From: Abditibacteriaceae bacterium
Lineage (GTDB): Bacteria > Armatimonadota > Abditibacteriia > Abditibacteriales > Abditibacteriaceae
Length of the DNA stretch: 10,471 nt
Assembly (NCBI GenBank): GCA_031372065.1
Contig: JANMKN010000188.1
Coordinates: forward strand, 1 to 10,471
Direction of reading: 5' to 3'
In this document: one piece after another, positions 7,345-10,471 of the stretch
Layout of the letters: every line of letters starts with the position of its first letter
Position numbering within the stretch: the stretch's first letter is position 1
Notes under the pieces: model-generated
What the model was told of the DNA's origin: nothing
The model's input: the letters and a program-made list of their open reading frames with translations, nothing else
Databases searched by the model: none
Made by a program: the position numbers and the translations under genes

Positions 7345-7390
7345 TATAATGGCTTGCGGTCTTGAGAACGTTAAACTTCTCAAGACTTTT
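7345..7390 (+). promoter_or_regulatory. Putative -10 box followed by a palindrome (operator or leader hairpin) before the SGNH gene
   Basis: TATAAT at 7345-7350. GTCTTGAGAA (7359-7368) / TTCTCAAGAC (7377-7386) is a perfect 10-bp inverted repeat followed by TTTT-ATG. Confidence 0.5.
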
Positions 7391-8041
7391 ATGAAAAATT
7401 TATTTTTGCTCTGCCTTTTGATGATGCCGCTGGCCCTTCGCGCACAAGAAGCAAAACCAATGCGCGTTTTGTGTTTCGGCGATTCGATAACGCAAGGCGG
7501 CGCTTTGCCCCCGGCAGAAAAATCGTCGTTGTGGCTTTTGCTGGTCGAGAAAAAATCAGAAGGTCAGTTAAAACTTATCAACGAAGGCAAAGGCGGGCGC
7601 CCAACGGCTTCGCTTGACGAATTTCGCGCCGCCTTGAAAAAACATAATGATTTCGAGGCGCTTTTGATTTCGCTGGGCACCAACGATTCGCGCGATATTT
7701 CCGAAAAGTGCGTGCCCGCTGCTGTGGATAACATCAAGCAAATGATAAATTTAGCGCGCGATGCGAAACCCAAACTGCGCGTGCTAATTGTTGGCCCACC
7801 GAACATCAATAAAAGTGCGCTTGGCCCGACCAAACCGATTGCCAATGAGCGCGAACAAAAACTGAAAGATTTAAACGAAGCATTCAAAAAACTCGCTCAA
7901 GAACACGATTGCGAATTTGTTTCGTTGTTTGGTGCTGTGCCCGATGAATGTCTTCTGCGTGATGGCGTGCATCCCGATGGCAAAGGCAACGAAGCGATTG
8001 CCGATGTAATTTACAAGGCGCTTGGTGCCGGGACAAATTGA
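7391..8041 (+). CDS. Secreted SGNH/GDSL hydrolase (216 aa)
   Basis: Blocks I FGDSIT, II NEGKGG, III SLGTND and V DGVHP. Signal peptide MKNLFLLCLLMMPLALRA|Q from ATG 7391. Confidence 0.92.
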   Translation: MKNLFLLCLLMMPLALRAQEAKPMRVLCFGDSITQGGALPPAEKSSLWLLLVEKKSEGQLKLINEGKGGRPTASLDEFRAALKKHNDFEALLISLGTNDSRDISEKCVPAAVDNIKQMINLARDAKPKLRVLIVGPPNINKSALGPTKPIANEREQKLKDLNEAFKKLAQEHDCEFVSLFGAVPDECLLRDGVHPDGKGNEAIADVIYKALGAGTN

Positions 8042-8044
8042 TTT

Positions 8045-8764
8045 ATGAATGCGGAAAACGGCTGGGAATCTTCGGCGCAGGCGTGGATTGATGACATGGA
8101 CAGAGGCGCCATCGCGCGCACCCATTTGCTCGACCCGATAATGCTGAATTTATGTGAAATTCGCCCCGGCCTGCGCGTTTTGGATGTCGGTTGTGGCGAA
8201 GGTCGCTTTTGCCGGATGCTGCGCGCAAAAGGTGTCGAACCGGTGGGCATTGACCCGACGGAATCGTTGTTGAAAGTGGCGCGAGAGCGCGATGCGCAGG
8301 GCGTTTATCTAAATGCTTTCGCCGAAAATTTGCCGCTTGAAAACGACCATTTCGATGTCGTTGTCAGCTATCTAACCTTGATTGATATTCCTGATTTTCG
8401 CGCCGCACTTGGCGAAATGACGCGCGTTTTAAAGCCCGGCGGCAAGCTGGTGATTGCCAATCTCACCTCAATGGCAACCGCCACGCCGCATATGTGGTGG
8501 CGTGATGAAAATGGCGAAAAATTGTTCTGGACGCTGGATCATTACATGACCGAGCGCCCCGAATGGGTTGAATGGCGCGGCATTCGTGTTATCAACTGGC
8601 ACCGCCCGCTTTCGGCGTATATGAAAGCCTTTTTAGCCAATGATTTAGTATTGGAATACTTCGACGAGCCGCTTCCAACACCAGAGCAATTGCAAGATGC
8701 GCCAGACCTTCAGGATCACGGGCGCAAGCCTGATTTCAACGTCATGCGCTGGTGCAAAATTTAA
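8045..8764 (+). CDS. Class I SAM-dependent methyltransferase
   Basis: Motif I VLDVGCGEG, GID, AENLPLENDHFDVVVS and RVLKPGGKL. Starts 3 nt after the SGNH stop. Confidence 0.92.
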   Translation: MNAENGWESSAQAWIDDMDRGAIARTHLLDPIMLNLCEIRPGLRVLDVGCGEGRFCRMLRAKGVEPVGIDPTESLLKVARERDAQGVYLNAFAENLPLENDHFDVVVSYLTLIDIPDFRAALGEMTRVLKPGGKLVIANLTSMATATPHMWWRDENGEKLFWTLDHYMTERPEWVEWRGIRVINWHRPLSAYMKAFLANDLVLEYFDEPLPTPEQLQDAPDLQDHGRKPDFNVMRWCKI

Positions 8765-10164
8765 CCTTGGCGTTGCGGTGGGCGCGATAATTCTGAGGCG
8801 TTTTCGACGCCTTGGGCGACTTCGGGAATAATGCCCAAACGCTGGTAAATTGGAATGACATCATCGCGCAAAACGGGCAGTTGGCGCGCGAACCACAAAC
8901 CGGCGAGCAAACAGCCAATCGCGCTAACGGAAAGCGTGGTCGTCACATCTGTTTTGGCGGCCAAAGCGCCTGCCCACAGGCTGCCAATCGTCGCCATGCC
9001 CATAAACGCCATCGTGTAGAGGCTCATCACACGGCCTCGTTTGTCGGGTTCAACAATGGTTTGCAAAATCGTGTTCGCTGCCGCGTTTTGCATCATCATC
9101 GAAAAGCCCATGACGAAAAGCAGCGGCAAGGCCATCCACACGACATTAACGCGGCCAAAGCCAAACAGTGCGATGGCAAAGGCGATGGTGCAAATCGGAA
9201 TGAGCTTGCCCAAGCCGCGAATGCTGCGCCGCGCCGCCAAGACCAAGGCTGAAGCCAAGGCTCCCATGCCCGAAGCGGCCATCAAAAAGCCCAAAGTATT
9301 CGCCTCGCCGTGCATCACATCTTTGGCGACAACCGGCATTAATACGGCGTAAGGCATTCCCATCAGGCTCATAATGCCCATCAAAATCAGCAAAGCGCGA
9401 ATCGGGCCAAAACCGAAGGCGTAGCGATAGCCTTCTTTCAATTGTTGCCAATGATTTGTGTCGAGTGGCTTCGCTTCTTGTGGCGGCACTTTCATGGCTA
9501 ACAGGCAGCCGATGACGGCCAAATAACTGATGCCATCAATGGCAAAGCACCAGCCTTCGCCGTGACCGCCGCGCGCATTGATAAAAGCGATCAATAAGCC
9601 GCCAATCGAAGGGCCAAGCAAACGCGCGATATTAAACATCGAAGAATTCAGCGCGATGGCGTTGCTGAGGTCTTCTTTGTTTTCGATTAATTCGACGACA
9701 AAGGCTTGGCGGCACGGCATATCGAAGGCGTTAATCAAGCCCTGCACCGCCATCAGCGCGATGATGTGCCATATAACGATGTGCCCACTCAAAGCCAGCG
9801 CCGCTAAAGCAAAAGATTGCAGCATTGCCAGCGTTTGGGTGATGACAAGCAGACGATGGCGCGGCCAGCGGTCAATCATCACGCCGGCAATTGGCCCCAA
9901 AAAGAAAGCGGGAATTTGTCCGGCGAAGCCCACCGCGCCCAGCAATAAAGGCGAATTGGTCAGGCGATAAACCAGCCACGTTGTCGCGATTTGCGTGATC
10001 CAACTGCCGAGTAGCGAGATGATTTGCCCGCCGAAGAACAAGCGGTAATTACGATAACGCAAGGCGCGCGTCATGAACGATAAACGCGAAACGTTAGATG
10101 TTAATGCTTGCTGTTCTTCATCAACATCAACGGCGTCCGGGGCGGGTGGAGGCGAGGTAGGCAT
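8761..10164 (-). CDS. MFS transporter (MFS_3/DHA3-like), about 12 transmembrane segments
   Basis: ALRYRNYRLFFGGQIISLLGSW, motif A-like GVMIDRWPRHRL, AFDMPCRQAF, NAIALNSSMFNIARLLGP and DKRGRVMS, with regular hydrophobic segments. Confidence 0.93.
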   Translation of the reverse strand: MPTSPPPAPDAVDVDEEQQALTSNVSRLSFMTRALRYRNYRLFFGGQIISLLGSWITQIATTWLVYRLTNSPLLLGAVGFAGQIPAFFLGPIAGVMIDRWPRHRLLVITQTLAMLQSFALAALALSGHIVIWHIIALMAVQGLINAFDMPCRQAFVVELIENKEDLSNAIALNSSMFNIARLLGPSIGGLLIAFINARGGHGEGWCFAIDGISYLAVIGCLLAMKVPPQEAKPLDTNHWQQLKEGYRYAFGFGPIRALLILMGIMSLMGMPYAVLMPVVAKDVMHGEANTLGFLMAASGMGALASALVLAARRSIRGLGKLIPICTIAFAIALFGFGRVNVVWMALPLLFVMGFSMMMQNAAANTILQTIVEPDKRGRVMSLYTMAFMGMATIGSLWAGALAAKTDVTTTLSVSAIGCLLAGLWFARQLPVLRDDVIPIYQRLGIIPEVAQGVENASELSRPPQRQG

Positions 10165-10175
10165 AGCAACTCTTT

Positions 10176-10225
10176 AATAAAAGGCGGCGCAAACGACTTT
10201 CCTCTTGCAAACTTGCGACCGCCTT
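10176..10225 (-). terminator. Terminator-like hairpin just upstream of the MFS start
   Basis: Minus strand: AAGGCGGTCGCAA - 20 nt - TTGCG-CCGCCTT (one bulge), running into TTTTATT, about 16 nt before ATG 10164. Confidence 0.4.
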
Positions 10226-10299
10226 AAAAAGTAGTTTGAAAAGTCCTGAAACAAAGGGCTTTTCTCCCCTGCCAAAACGTTATCATAAAAGTGGAAAAG

Positions 10300-10471
10300 G
10301 CTGCGTCAGATGACTAAAATGATGCGTTAGAAAGCCAAAACGCTGTGCAGAAGACCCATTCATTAGTGAAGATCATTAATCAGGCACGTATTCTTATTGT
10401 TTTGCTGCGTGAGATGACTGAAACGGTGCGTTAGATAACCAAAACGATGCGTTAGAAGACCCATTCATAAG
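10300..10471. repeat. Degenerate 21-bp tandem array with about 104-bp higher-order duplication, truncated by the window end
   Basis: Units GCTGCGTCAGATGACTAAAAT (10300), GATGCGTTAGAAAGCCAAAAC (10321), GCTGTGCAGAAGACCCATTC (10342), GCTGCGTGAGATGACTGAAAC (10404), GGTGCGTTAGATAACCAAAAC (10425) and GATGCGTTAGAAGACCCATTC (10446). AGAAGACCCATTCAT is exact at 10349 and 10454. Confidence 0.88.

Noticed and set aside
7099..7365. 88-aa plus-strand ORF
   Set aside because: It overlaps the esterase end, runs through a strong terminator and has no recognisable motif.
7304..7390. Longer N-terminus of the SGNH hydrolase
   Set aside because: It spans the putative promoter and palindrome. ATG 7391 gives a canonical signal peptide.
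586..9970. Numerous 60-146-aa alternative-frame and antisense ORFs inside the main genes
   Set aside because: They are shadows of well-supported CDSs and show no recognisable domains.
7203..10164. RiPP cluster (small peptide + hydrolase + methyltransferase + MFS)
   Set aside because: There is no recognisable RiPP maturase, recognition element or leader motif, and gene orientations are mixed. Only the small ORF is kept as an observation.
10300..10471. CRISPR array or coding heptad repeat
   Set aside because: The units are degenerate and abut each other, only one gap is visible, and stop codons interrupt the frames I read.

Overview
Bacterial genomic window with no RNA genes, transposases or CRISPR array. 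The prepilin-like DUF1559/H-X9-DG gene suggests Abditibacteriota/Armatimonadota or a PVC relative (inference). Plus-strand genes, in order: a prepilin-type DUF1559 protein, Xaa-Pro aminopeptidase, a secreted LamG-GH95 alpha-L-fucosidase/galactosidase, a secreted CE7-like acetyl esterase, a secreted SGNH/GDSL hydrolase and a class I SAM methyltransferase. A minus-strand MFS transporter converges on them. The most unusual signal is repetitive DNA. A ~163-bp palindromic element flanked by a 6-bp direct repeat sits in frame in the middle of the GH95 signal peptide. A second, heptamer-based palindrome sits in frame in a C-terminal loop of the same gene. There is also a perfect 47-bp boxC-like inverted doublet with a G-quadruplex motif, and a ~21-bp-period array at each end of the window. 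An unannotated 26-aa ORF with a strong RBS and its own terminator lies on the minus strand between the two esterases.
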